Positions 32,760-61,390 of a stretch of DNA of 64,000 bases are shown in pieces (the stretch's first letter is position 1; each line of letters begins with the position of its first letter). The translations under genes and the position numbers were made by a program. The DNA is taken from the NCBI RefSeq assembly GCF_009914755.1, contig NC_060929.1; one strand, 5' to 3'. Source of the stretch: the human T2T-CHM13v2.0 reference genome, Homo sapiens. The notes beneath the pieces are model-generated. The model was not told where the DNA came from. It saw only the letters and a program-made list of their open reading frames with translations, and made no database searches.

Positions 32760-32812
32760 TAAAAATACAAAAATTAGCTAGGCATGGTGGTGTGTGCCTG
32801 TAGTCCCAGCTA

Positions 32813-33297
<485 letters not shown>

Positions 33298-33406
33298 TAG
33301 AGGCAAGGTCTCACTATGTTGCCCATGCTACAGCATGGCAACTCCTGTGCTTAAGCAATCCTCCCAAAGTGCTCAGCCTCCCAAAGTGCTAGAATTACAG
33401 GCATGA

Positions 33407-33613
<207 letters not shown>

Positions 33614-33729
33614 TAGAGACGGGGTTTCACCGTGTTAGCCAGAATGGTCTCGTTCTCCTGACCTCGTGATCCACCCGCCTTGGCCTCCCAAAGTGCTGGG
33701 ATTACAGGTATGAGCCACTGCGCCTGGCC

Positions 33730-33955
33730 TCTTCTTTTCTTTTCTTCTTCTTTTCTCCTCCTCCTCCTGCTCCTCTTCTTCTTCTTTCTTCTCCTTCCTC
33801 TTCCTCCTCTTCTTCTCCTTCCTCTTCCTCCTTCTCCTTCTTCCTTCCTTCTTCTCCTTTCTCTTCCTCCTTTTCTTCTTCCTCCTCCTGTTTCTCCCTC
33901 CTTCTCTTTTCTCCTCCTTATTCTTCCTCCTCTTTTCCCTCTTCTTCCTCCTTCT
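33730..33955. repeat. (CTT/CCT)n polypyrimidine low-complexity tract
   Basis: About 220 nt almost purely C/T. Confidence 0.93.
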
Positions 33956-34507
33956 AAGATTACCTTACAGAATATTCCTTACTAATTATTTTTATTAAGG
34001 ACCTAGAAACCCTAAGCTAATTATGGATATTCTAGCCATGAGTGGTGATGTACACCTGTAGCCTTAGCTACTTGGGTGGCTGAGGCAGGAGCATCACTTG
34101 AACCCAGGAACTCATGCTGCAGTGACCTATAATTACATTACTGCACTCCAGCCTGGGTGACAGAGCAAGACCCTATCTCAAAAAAAAAAAAAAAAAGAAA
34201 GAAAGAAAGAAAAGAAAAGAAAAAGAAAGAAATAGAACAAATATTTAATTTTGCATTCTCAGTATTTATAGATAACCATGTTTCCTATGTAGAATTATTA
34301 ATATAATGACTTACATTAGTAGATTTTCTTATATCAAACCTTATTTCTATTCCTAGATTAAACTCCATTTGGACATAGTATATTATTCTTTCAGTATGTT
34401 TTTGGATTTTGTTTGCTATAATTTTATTTATGATTTTTAAATATTTATGAATTAGATTGGTCTATTTTTTCTTTATTCTTATAATTATTATTATTATATT
34501 TTGATAT

Positions 34508-39600
<5,093 letters not shown>

Positions 39601-40805
39601 TTCTGACTATTCCTTTCCTAGGGCTTCTCCAGCACCCCGACTCTCCAACAGCACTGGGCTTTCACAAGGACAAATAATATGCAAAACTTTTTGGGAGTCT
39701 ACTTACGATAATTGCCTTAAATTAACATCACAAAGCAATGGAAATTGCATTCCCCTAAGGCTTCTTACTGCAGGAAGTTACCCAGCTCCTGACTGCAAAG
39801 GTAGTGACGATTAAAGTCAGGTTGGTTAGCTTCTGTCTTGCAAAGCTTGTCTGTTAATCCATTACTTGTGTTCATATAAAATGGCATTTCTATATCAAAA
39901 TGCGTGAATGTTTTAACCTTTTGTAAATATAAGCTTATTTTTTTCTGTTGAATCAGACAAGTCTTTCCTCTGCCAGAAACCTTAAAACTGGTATTCTTAA
40001 AACAGTATTCTACTAGCTGCTTTTACTTTACTGGATCGATGTTCAGCTTTCAGATCACAGAAAGTCAGTCCTTCACTATTTTGCTAGCCTCAGGCCATAC
40101 CAGGAGAATTTCAGTGTGAGTGTCTTATTTTAAGCCTAGCATCGGTGAACTAAAGTGCTCACAGGAAGATGGAGGAGAACTGCAGACCAGGTTACTGGAG
40201 GAGCAGAGGATGCAGTTCCAGAAGCCCTGTAATGTCTTCAGACCTTTGAAGGCTGTTTTGTAGAAGATGGCTTGTTCTTCCTTAATTTTCAAGGTAAGCA
40301 TAGGGCCAAAGAGTGAGAGCTATATAAAGCTAGATTTCATCTTTAAATGGAAGACCTTTAAACAATTAGAGCTGTCTGAAAGATATAAAAACTTTCTGGG
40401 ATTGAACTGAGCTCCTAAGTCATTGGGAGAATTCAAAAGAATGGCCATCTCACAGGTCTACAATACATGCATGATTGAACATGATTAAATATTTTACATG
40501 ATTATTTTATAATTAAATATATATATATGGACACAGCCATTTGTTTTTAGAAAGCTTTGAAAATGTTTAAGCAAACTTAAACATTTTTATTTTATTTTAT
40601 TTTTATTAAATAGAGACAGGGTCTCACTGTGTTGCCCAGGCTCGTCTCAAAACTCCTGAACTCAAGCAATTCTCCCACCTCGACCTCCTAATAAGCAAAC
40701 GCTTGTTATTCTGACCACTAGTTTGTAGAATAGAGCCATGTGGCTAATCATCTTAATCCCACTTGGGTTTCTGAAACCCTTTGCCTGGCTGGCTGTTGTT
40801 GACAC

Positions 40806-41450
40806 TATAGGGGCAAAGAAGGAAAGCTTCTGCCTTTACCTTCTGAAGGTTCACTGAAAATGACAAAAGGCAGGTAGGAGAAAAAGGCATACAAATTTAT
40901 TTAACATGCAGAGCACAGGGGAACTGCATGAGAATGATTACCCAATAACCCAATGAGGCCTAGAGGTTTATAGACCCTTCTTCATGGAGGAAGGAGACAT
41001 GAGGGTGTAGGAGTAAAAGATTTTTAGTGGGGAATGAATGGACCCAGAAGGCAGACTTTATCTTGTGAATGATTCTCTGGCAATTTAACAGGCAGGAGAA
41101 CAAACAATGGTTTGGGAAGAAGTTTGTCTGGGCTGTAGCTATGGTGTTTAATGTTCAGTCTCTTCCTTTGTGATAGAAGTTTTAATTTTCTCTGGTTAAT
41201 GAAATTTCAGGGAAGGGATCAAAGGCAAATTGTGTTCCTCTTTGGGGGTCCAGTTTCTAGGTAGATAAGGGAATTCAGAGAACAGCTTCATTCTGTGCTT
41301 TGGGAGAGACAGGATCAGAGAGAAAGGGAGGTAGGGGGAGGTCAGAGGGAGACCCTGGCACTGAGGATTATTTCTGAGGCCTTTCAATTTTCAAAGCAGT
41401 CAGCATGCCGAAGCATCATATTTTGGGGTATGGCTCTCTGTGCTCCAACA
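40806..41450 (-). mobile_element. ERV1-class solo LTR related to the 24959 element
   Basis: Reverse strand begins tgttggagcacagagagccataccccaaaatatgatgcttcggcatgctga and ends with ttcagtgaaccttcagaaggtaaag, resembling the other LTR ends. Confidence 0.7.
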
Positions 41451-42318
41451 TCTGCTGAAAAAAAGGAATAATTAATGTCAAAACAATAAAAATGCTTTAT
41501 ATTTGTATTCTTCTGTATTTGTACATATCCAGATTTTAGCTGTTTCTCTTTTACTGTATAAATTTATGTATTTCCAAATTACATATGTATATATTCCAGA
41601 GATGATTTTAGCTTTCAGGAGGACTCATCTGTTTCCTTAGTCTTAATTCTATTAACACCAAAGGATAGCTTCCTGAGCATAAAAGGGAGAAAATTATTCC
41701 ATTCCTACCTTTAGTCACTGGTGATAGAGATCACTCCACAATTGAAGAACAAAATCCTCCTCTGAGAGTGAAACTCTTAAATAAAGCACATTTTAGACAA
41801 GATTAAGCAACTATGTAAGAAATTTGCCTAAAGAGATATTTTTTCCATAAAAAGCAAAAGATAGTGACATGGATGTCATCTCACTCCTGAATTTAGCTAA
41901 ATGGAGGTCATTTCTCATCCTGCCCTGCCCCCTCTCAGGAGGAAGAAGGCAGCCCAGGGATGGTGATAACCTACAGAAGCCTTGGGCTCAGCTCCTAAGC
42001 CCTAAGGGACAGATGGAGAAAGGAGGACCAGAGGGAGGGGAAAGAGGTGGGGGAGGCGGAGTGTGCTGCTGCAGGTCGCAGGGCAAGACCTGCACTCCCT
42101 TAAGTATGTATGCTTCTAGGCTCACAGAGACTGGCCAGGGGCTGGTTGGCATCACACCATACACATCTGTACTAGATACCAAATCACTGCTCATCCTCGA
42201 CCAGAATGTTTAGTCAGTTAGTTGTGAATATCAATTGCAGAAGAACGTTCTGGTTTCAGTATCTCTCTTTGGTCACAGTCCTAGTTTGTGTGGTTAAAGA
42301 AAAAAGAGTCCACTTTTT

Positions 42319-42447
42319 AGGTTTCCAGATTTAGCAAACAAATAGAATATAAAAATACAAGAGGACGAGTAAAATTTGAATTTCAGAAAAATAATAAATA
42401 ACATTTTAATGTGAAAATATCCTAAATATATTTTATCTGGCAACTCT
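42319..42447. mobile_element. MER53-like hAT MITE
   Basis: Terminal inverted repeats aggtttccagat...atctggcaactct with internal aaatttgaatttcag. Confidence 0.7.
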
Positions 42448-42479
42448 ATCATATTTTCCAATCAAGAGTTAAGCCTTGG

Positions 42480-48109
<5,630 letters not shown>

Positions 48110-51100
48110 TGAAGCCTTTCATTTGCTGCTACCCATTCCGTATGGCTTTCTCTGGGTGTGTGTTTGGTGAGTCCTTTGCCTTTGGTTTCTAGGACTCATA
48201 GAGAAATGACAGACCCTTCCTACTGCATTTAATTGGAGAGGAGCACAGAGACCTGAGATTATAATGATGACGTCTTAAATGTCAAGTGCTTCAAAAGTCT
48301 GCTGTTGCACTCACTGTCACCCTAAACAGCTCTGGAAACCAAAACCCTGCAGCCACCTAAAGCATGCCCTGAGTCTCTCAGCCAGGTTTCATCTGGGAAA
48401 TCTGAGTGACAGTGACGTGCAGGCAGCTGGAAGACGCACAGTAAACCGAGGAGCCTGTGATGAGCTCAGAGGAGGTGAGTTGATGATCTGCTATTTATAG
48501 CCCCACTAAGAGGCTCTGGCCGCCAGCTCCATGTGAGTCTGGGTGGAAATGATGCCTTCGCAGAGCTGAGAGCACAAAATGAAGTTGGTGATTCATGGGC
48601 AGCAGCCACTTGAAAATATGAACACTCCTGCGTCCCCAGCCCCGCCGGCCTTTCACACCCATTTGGAGGCGTGTTGAGCAGAGCTGCTAGCCTGCTGCAT
48701 CCTAGTCTGCATGTGTTTGGGCAGGATGTGAGGACAGGCCGGTTCTACCCTGACAAGGAGCCTGCAAAGGGCAGCAGCACGCCTGGGAGCACTCCAAGAA
48801 CGTCTGCCCACCCCCCGAGAGGCCTCGGCTGGAACCCAGGGCAGGGCTGAGTAAGAGGTAAGCCCCGAGAGGACCTGCGGTCACAGAGAAAGGACACTTC
48901 CTGCTCCTGCCCTCTGTCTCCAGGGGCGACGCTGGCAACAGAGCAGCTTTCTGATGACGCTTGTTCTGCTGAACATACAAAAATTTACAATGAGGAAACC
49001 CTTGCAGCTTGACATTTCCCCCCGCACAATTCCACAGCCCAGCACCTGTCACCTGAAATAGCTATTGTTTATTTTCCTCAGTAACATCTTGGCTTCCAGG
49101 CCAAAGTCTACTTGGAGGCCCAAACTCAACTCACCCTATGTGAGGAATGCCCTGGAGGTCTCTCAGTTTCCCACAACCAAACTGGATTTAAAGGGCCAAA
49201 CCAGGATAAGGAGGCCAGCTGAGCTCTGAAGCCAGATTGTCTGGGTTCAGATTCTTTCTCTACACTTGCAGCCACGTGGCTTCAGTCAAATTGCCCTCTG
49301 AGACTCAGTTTTTCTCATTGGTAAAATGAGGATAATTACAGAACCTACCTCACTGGGTTGCGGTGAAGGGTGACATTTGAGTAGTGGTCAGCCCAGCATC
49401 CAGCACATGGACAGACTTGATACTGGACACTGCTGCTGCTGCTTTTGCTGTTGAAGTTGTTTTCACTCCTGGGTTTTGGTCCCTGTACTGATAGCACTCC
49501 TTTGCACACAGTCTATGGCACTGAGGTTCCTTGTGGAGGTGGTGCCCTGAGGCTTCAATAGAGACCCTCTGCCCATCACAAACAAACCCCATATCAGGCT
49601 GCCAAGCATAGTGGACTTCACCCCGGGGGCATCTCAGCCCCATGCTTGACCGGCCCCTGCCTTTGCCTAGGAACCAAGTGCCTTTCCCTTGGGGCTGGGC
49701 TTTGCCCGGGTTGACTACCCTGATGCTTCTGCTCCTCTATGTCCTGGGGTGGTCTTGGGGGTATTAACTGTCACCATCCAGTGGAGGGTTTCACCGAGGG
49801 TCCCAGGTGCTAACATGAGGTCTGTGGCCAGCAGGCAGCCTGGATGACTGGCCGGATAGGCAGCAGGGAGGGCCTGGATGACTGGCCGGATAGGCCCACC
49901 TCACCTATGGGCTGCACTTGCAGCACAAACTGCTGATTCATGGAGACTCATGAGGCCTTGGCTATCTGTACATTCTCCATCTCCAGCTGTCGGCCAAAAT
50001 ATAATTGTAGTTGTCACTTTGGCAGAGAGATACTATGATGTGTCCTATCTCCAAGGCAGTGAGCTTTTGGAAGATAGGAGGGATCTGCAGCTGCTCCTGT
50101 GGAGAGAACCATTCTGGAAAGTGGTCTGTGTGAAGTGCACCCAGGTGCAGTCCCAGGAGTGGTGTGAGCAGCAGGGTGAGGCCCTATATTAGAATGGGCA
50201 CTGGTGTTGCCTGTGTCTGCATCTACAGTAATGCAATTCTGATGACATCAATGAATAACAGAGAGGCTGCCATTGAAATGAGGCATTGTTGGCAGCTATG
50301 TGGACTTGGAAAACAGCCACCAGGCTTATGCACAAGTCAGAATCCATCGTGTGTGGGGTAAATGAGTGGTTAGACCATGGGGTACATGGTGTAAGGGAGA
50401 TGATGCCAGAGACATAGCTAGGACCAGACTGAGAAGCAAGGGACTCGAAGACCAGGCCATGCAGCTTGGACTTGATCCTGGACATAGGGAAAGTGATGTG
50501 ATTAGAGGATGTGGGGGTTCTGGGCTCAAGCATCCTCGAAGGGTCGCACTAAGGGCAAGGCTCCCCCTCCCCACGGCAGTTGGCAAGCAGCGGCTTGCTG
50601 TTTGAGAAGGTGTTTACTCCTCTGGAGCATGAGTCCCACACTCAGAAGGTGCTGAGACTCTGCTCGTAGGGTAAGCATATGAAGGGCCGGTCCCAGCCAG
50701 GACAGCTGGGAGTGCGCAGTCAGCAAGGCAAAGCACCAGGCTTATGTCTTCCCTCTTCTTCCATCCTTCTTGGCCAGGAGTTTATTATTGAAGCACCTGT
50801 GTGCAGATGTGCTAAATGTAGATGACTGCACCACTCAGGTCAAAGGTCAGGGAGGCTCCTGGGACTGAGAGATGACCCCGCTGCCTGTGGATGTGGCCTC
50901 CCTCCCCACTAAGGAAACAGCAGAGGCAAACATCCAAGCTTGCCTGATGGAGGAATTCCTAGAAGAAAGGTTCTATCCTTATGTACTTAAATACTGATTT
51001 AGAGGTTGGTTAATGGAGACAGAAGAATACTAAGTGTTGGGAGCCGTTACCAGTGGAGGACCCACCCATGAGCACGGAAGCCAGAGCATATCTGGACCAT

Positions 51101-51626
51101 CATGTAAGTCCGGAGGAAGACACGATTCAGTTGACAAAAATTTGTGTACCCTCCTCAGAAGTGCATTGTTGTGCAAGAAATGGTTTGGCAGTGACTCTCC
51201 CCTTTCAGCTGCAAGCCATCAAGGGCTGAATGCCTCTCCAGTTGCCAGAGGAGGAGTGGCTTGTAGAGCGGATGTTCCCAGTCTGGCAGAATCTTCTGTC
51301 AAGTGTTCCCTGAGTTGGGCTGCCAGGGGGCAGGTGTTGAACAGTGAGGAAGTCCTCTCACCTGAGCAGCTTCTGATGCAAGAGGGGTGTCGTGAGTGCC
51401 TGGAATCCTATGCCTGTGGGTGGAGCGTGAACTTAGCCTCTTCCCTGAGGGTAGGCAGCATGTCATAACCACTTCTGGCTGCCCATGGCTGGTTTGGGGC
51501 AATATGCCAAGATGTAGTTTTGCCTATTTGGTTTGCTTTTTCCTTTAAAATGTACAAAAGTTAATAACATGTAATGGGTTTTTAAAAAATTATAAAATAT
51601 GAGATACAATCAGAAAAGTCCAAACA

Positions 51627-53955
<2,329 letters not shown>

Positions 53956-54025
53956 TTATGCAAATGGCCAATCATGATTAATTGATGGGGAGGCTCTCAG
54001 GCAAAGGATCGGATTTCACAGATAA

Positions 54026-54058
<33 letters not shown>

Positions 54059-54070
54059 CATATATACATA
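54026..54070. repeat. (GT)n(AT)-type microsatellite
   Basis: About 14 GT units followed by TA-rich repeats. Confidence 0.92.
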
Positions 54071-54143
54071 TAACTTGGCTCTCCTGAGAAGAAAATGTTC
54101 ATTCAGTGTAAGGCAAGATAGTGTAAGGCAAGTATATCCAAAT

Positions 54144-54351
54144 CAGGGGTGTCCAATCTTTTGGTTTCCCTGGGCCACATTGGAAGAAGAATTGTCTTGG
54201 GCCACACATAAAATTTAATAACACTAATGATAGCTGATGAGTTAAAAAAAAAAATCGTAAACCAAATCTCATGTTTTAAGAAAGTTTACGAATTTGTGTT
54301 GGGCAGCATTTAAAGCCACCCTGGGCCCAGGCCACAGGTTGGACAAGCCTG
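54144..54351 (+). mobile_element. MER30-like hAT-Charlie MITE
   Basis: caggggtgtccaatc...gttggacaagcctg terminal inverted repeats; 8-bp TSD atc(c/t)aaat at 54136-54143 / 54352-54359. Confidence 0.88.
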
Positions 54352-54661
54352 ATCTAAATCAAGGTTTTCCATCCTTTAAACAGGTACCTTTTCACCATCT
54401 CCATTCATTCAGTGAGCATTTTTTGGGCACCTGCTGTATGATAAGCACTGTACCAAGCATTAGGAAACAGAAATAAAGATAGGCAGGCCCTGCTCTCGTG
54501 ATGTTGGGAAACAAACAAACAGAAAGAGTTTTACCTCAGAGTGTGATAAGCACAGACAGAGGCAAACAAAAGGTGTTCTAGGAGCACCGAGGAGGGGCAC
54601 TCACCCATGATCCCAGTGTGGCATCAGAGTCCACAGGGCATGTGCAGAGGAAAGTCTGGCG

Positions 54662-55114
<453 letters not shown>

Positions 55115-55989
55115 TGAAGGGGGCAATGTGGCCAATTACTTGGGGTCCTGGGGGCCTCAGAGGGAAGTCGGCGCTTCACTTGAAGAGTATGGGGTTTAAG
55201 AAAGTGAGTGCTGTGGTCAGATCTGTACTTTGGAACAATCACTCTGGCTGCTGGTGGAGAACAGGTGGGAGGGATAATGGACAGGAGGCATAAAGACCCC
55301 TCAGGAGGCAGCCACAGGCATCCAAGCCAGAAGCGATCACCTGAACAGAGGAAAGGGGTGGAAGGAACCGACTCAAGAAATGTTGGGCCAGAATTTCACC
55401 TGAAAAACAAGACAAAGAGAACCCTTAGGTTTTCAGTCAGGACCACCATGTGGTTAGAGTGTCACCATCATAGGAGAAAGAAACCATAACTAGCGGGTGG
55501 GCTGGGAGATGACGAGCTCAGTTTAAGACTTGGTGAGTGTGAAAGAGCTATAGGCATCTAGGAGGAAGCATCTGGCAGGCAGGTGGATACACAGGTCTGA
55601 AATGGAGGGAGGGTTTGGCCTGCAAGGCTGGAGAGAGGAGGCTGGAGTGAATGTGCCATGAACAAGTTTACATGAATGTGACTGGGGAGCAGGGAAGAGG
55701 GGGAAAGTGCAGGAACGTAATGCCTCTTGACCCTAAAATTCTCACTTGCTGAGAGTAAGGGTGAGGGGAGGGGCTGGGGGCAGGAAGGGGGAGTTTAGAA
55801 CATTTATTATGGGAAACAGGAGAGAAGCTGACCCAGGCACAGCTATGACATCTAAGAGGAGTCAGGAGACTAGTTCTTGCCAAAGGAATGTTGATTGAGG
55901 ATGACATGTCACTTCCAGCCCAAGAGAGTTAAGAAGAAGACGTGACTTCTCCACTCTTCCTTTCCCCTTCTCCCAGTTCGATGCCCCTT

Positions 55990-57031
<1,042 letters not shown>

Positions 57032-58199
57032 GCCTTGGAAACCACATGTTGGAGATGGTGAAGCCACAGTGTGGGAAGATCCTGGATTCTTGAATCATCA
57101 CTTGGAGGACAAACACCACTGATCAGGAACACACATTTAGTTTTCTGTTAGCAAGAAATCAACTACATTGTAGGAGCCAATATACATTTTGGGATTGCTT
57201 GTTACAGCATTGAGCATTACCCTAGCTAATGCAGGGTTTAAGAAAATGCATGGTTGTTCAGATGGTTCAGAGGGGTCTGGGCTGGGGAAACACTCGAGGC
57301 CTCTAGGGTCAGAAGGTCTTTGTTAAGGCTGAAGAGCAGAAGTGGTGAGAGGACTGGAAAAATCTAGAAAGCAGATGTCAGGGCCTCTGGCAGAATGCAA
57401 GAAACTAAGATTTCAGACAGAAGCTATCCCACTGTGGCAAGAGCCAAATGCGAGAAGTTGGGGAACATTAAGCAGGTCTGGGAATTGTGATGAGTGAGGT
57501 CAAGAATTGTGTTGGCTGGTTAGTTCACAGGGATGTCAGAGTCTGTGATGAAGCAGAATGTGAGGTGGAGAGGAAGCCTCAGAGGGGCTGGCCATTGTTC
57601 TGCAATCAGGGACCTGGGAAGGACTGCTGTAGTGAAAGGCATGGGCTAGCAGGATTGCCATCACTCAGTCTGTCAGCTGCCATGACTGAGTGGATCTGAG
57701 CAGGGCGGTGTACGGATCGCTCAGGAGACCACCTGAGATGCTTACCTGAAGGCTGGTTCCTGAAGTGTCACCTGCAAATGCTGATGTAGGCCAACACTAT
57801 CCAGAAACAGCCAGACCCACAGCAGAGCACTGCTGTCAGCTGGTAAAGTGTCATGGCACTGCCCAAAGCATCTTATTCACAAATCTGTCTGGGCCTCATG
57901 GACATCCCAGGGAGACCCATAAGAGAGTGGCCTCTCCCTGTACCAGGTAAGGTCACCTAAGTGATAAGAGAGACTGCACAGGAGAGGGTGGAGTCAGGGT
58001 CTCCTGATCCTTGGGCTGTGGTTCTCATTATAAAATGCCTTTTGCAGACATTTCTGACATAAACTGCCCATCATCTTAGGAAGATTTGGGCATCAACTTG
58101 CCATTGGCAGCAGGGACAACTGAGACAGCCTCCAAAAGGCACTTCCAGCTGGCGACTCTTAGAAGAATTTCTGAATGAATGGTGCCAAACCAGGAATAG

Positions 58200-59125
58200 G
58201 AATAGGAGTGTCAGAAAACCCAAAATAATAGTTATGAAAACAAGAGGAGTTTATTTCAAAAAAAAAAAAAAAAAAAAAACCAGATGAGGTTGGAGGTAGG
58301 TGTCAAGGGTTGCTAGGCCCTCCACTGTTTCAGAAGGCCAAAGTTCCTTCTGTTTTATTGTTCTCCTCTATTGTTGAGTAACAAATTACTTCAAAATGCA
58401 GTGGCTTAAAACAACTGTAAACATCTATTATCTCGCACTTTCCGTGGTCAGGATTTGAGACTTAGCTGGGTGGTTCTGGCTCAAGCTGTCTCATGAGGTT
58501 GCAGTTGGGATGTCAGATGAAGCTGTGGTCATCTGAAGGGGTGACTGGACCACCACATTGCTGGCAAGTTAACCCTGGCTATTTGCAGCAAGCCTCGGTC
58601 TCTCACTGCCCCTAATCCTTCATTGGGTTGCTTGAGTGGGCTTCTGCTAGCCTAGAACGAGTGATACAGTGAGGGCAAGGCATACACTGCAATGTCTTTT
58701 ATGATGTCATCTCAGAAGTCACTTACTATCATTTCTGCAATACCCTGTTGGTTACATGGATCAGCCCTATTGCATACAGGAGAGAACTGAATAAGGACAT
58801 GAATCACTGGGGGCCATCTCAGAAGCTAGCTACCACATCTGCCATCCTCAAAGCATGTGGCTTCATCCTCATGTCCCAAGATGGCTGCTCGAACTCCGGC
58901 AATCACATCACAGACAGTGCATTGCAGCTAGTGGGAAGAAGGAGGAAAGGAAGCAGCGTGTGATTTCCTGAAGTTGGATGTACCATTCTATTTTAGTCTC
59001 ACTGGTCAGAACTTAGTCATATATTGATAACTGCAAAGGGGGCTAGGAAATTTAGTATTTATTTTGGGTGGCCATGTGTTCAGCTAGACCAGATATTGGG
59101 GATAACTGGCCATCTCTGCCACATC
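58200..59125 (-). mobile_element. Nested old MLT1-type LTR fragments
   Basis: gtaacaaattacttcaaaatgcagtggcttaaaacaac..., caagatggctgct, cagaacttagtcatat. Confidence 0.65.
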
Positions 59126-61098
59126 AGCAGTGTTCCCGTGTGTATCACACAGGATGAGGTCTGAGGGAGGAAGCACAGAGAACATTACTACCTTGGGTTA
59201 CTGACCTGGCAAATGACTTACAACCCATTTTGTCTGGGAAATACATGTGTGTGTGCGTGTGCGTGTGTGTGTGTGATGGGGATGGGGAGGAGTGCAAACT
59301 GTGCTTCACCCCGTAATTAGTGAATCTCACTTTAAAAAGAAAATAGTCCTTAGAGAAGCTTAGGAGACAAATAAGTGTAAACAACAGACCCAGTCCTAGA
59401 AGCCCAGCCAAGGGTGCTCTTAAAAATTAAGAAGCTCCAGAAGATGAAAGATCATCACAGGAGGCATAGTGAGGGCAGCCTCATTCTATCCCTAGACCTG
59501 CAGGTTTAAGTAAATTCCAGGCAGCCTGATTTACTGATCCAAATGCAGAAACACAGATGGGCGCCTCCACCAGCTGTGTTTTTAAAAGATCATATGATTC
59601 CTGATCAATGAACCAAAGAGACTGAATGCAGAAGTATTTAGCGCTGAGCTGAGGATTTGCCCAGAGACCTCTCAGAGAGCAGAGCCAAATCTTGAGCAGC
59701 CAGCTGAGTGCTGACTCAAGCTGGGGATGGGGGTAAGGAGGGTGGTATTGGGCGGCAGAGGCCTAGCTGAGTAGAAGATGAGCCATCAGTCAGCCAGAGA
59801 ACTCTAAGGTGAGAAAAGTCCACAGGAAGAAAATCTGCCCTGGCAGAAGGAAGACAAGGCTCTGGCTTGGTCAACTGGCCAGTGACGGGGTACTGTGATC
59901 CTAGAGGAATGCGAAGTCTGGAGCAAGAAGCCTGGGGCTAGGGCATCCGAAAGGACAGCAGGTACTGCCAAGTTCCTTCTGGCAGGAGTTTGCTTTCTCC
60001 TTTCTGCCACATTCTGCCTGGACAGTGGAACCTTATCTTGGGCTGTGTGTGGACTAAGGACTCAGTGGTACTTGCGGCATGGAGGGTGGCTGGGGACCTC
60101 CCACCTGCCTGGCTGGTCCTACTCTCTGCCCATGGTTGGGGGTGTTGGCCCAAGTTGGATGAAGTCCTGTGTCCTGCATCCCTACTTGGCCATCTCCAGA
60201 TGGGGCTGTCAGGACACCCTGGGCAGCTAGCGTGTTCACTCACTCAGGCCACAAGCCATGCTCCTTATTGCACATGGTCATCAGTCATCACTGCATTCTT
60301 GCTGTACAAGAGTCAATTTCCAGTGCAGTAAGGGGATCACCAGAATTCCCAGCCTTCCCATTGTGCCTTGGCCTGAATCTCAAGTTTACCAACAAGGCCT
60401 TGGAGGACCTCTGCAGACCCTAGTTTGAAGGCCCTTTCATGAGAGACACCTCCAGGCATGGTTGAGGTCAGGCCCCACCTTGGGCAGAGAAGGATGCAGG
60501 GAGTAGTGAGGAGGGAAAAATCAGCCCAAAGGGCATGGAATTGGCTCAGGCAGCCTGAGACTGTTTCGTGGCTCTGTTGCAGCAGTGTGTATTGAGCTCA
60601 ATGGGGAAGACACTGGGCTATACCCTGGGGACACAGAGGGGAGGGCTCCTATGACATCACCCCGGACACATAAATAAAGCAAAGCAGCAGAGGGTGCAAT
60701 ATGCAGTGATGGGTTAAGGACAAGGTCCAGAAAGAATGTGGGAGGGGAGTTTGCTGGCAGAGTAGTAAAGGAAAGCTTCACAGAGGAGGTGACACCTGCA
60801 AGAAAGAACAGGAGGAGGAGGGGCAAATCAGGGAGAGGGAAGGGCAGGCTCAGAGTCCTGAGCTGGGCAACCACCTGGGGTAGAAATAAGGGAATCTCAC
60901 CTGATGTGTTGACTGTGCTCTGAAATTTCTGGGCTCCTTCAGGGTGGAGTGTAGCCTTGATCTCTCTCCGCTAACTCAGAAGAGTCAGGGGAGTGGAGAA
61001 GATGCTCCCTCTGCAAGATTTGTTGCATTTCCTTTTATATTTGGGTCTTTGGTACCTGACCATGATGGTGAAGTTATCATAAATTAAGAAAGAAGAGG

Positions 61099-61390
61099 GG
61101 CCAGGTGAGGTGGCTCATGCCTGTAATCGCAGCCCTTTGGTAGGCTGAGCTAGGAGGATTGCTTGAGGCCAGGAGTTCAAAATCAGTGTGGGCAACATAA
61201 CGAGACCCTGTCTCTACAAAAAATGAAAAAGAAAAAAGAAATAGCTGGTGTACACCTATAGTCCTAACTACTCAGGAGGTTGAGGCTGGAGAATCACTCA
61301 AGCCCAGGAATTCAAGGTTGCAGTTAGCCATGACTGCACCACTGCACTCCAGCCTGGGTGAAAGAGCAAGACCGTGTCTCCAAAAAAAAA
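61099..61390 (+). mobile_element. AluJ-like element
   Basis: Alu consensus. Confidence 0.88.

Noticed and set aside
33680-33985. Leu/Pro/Ser-rich 101-aa ORF (similarly 54578-55014)
   Set aside because: Translation of simple repeats.
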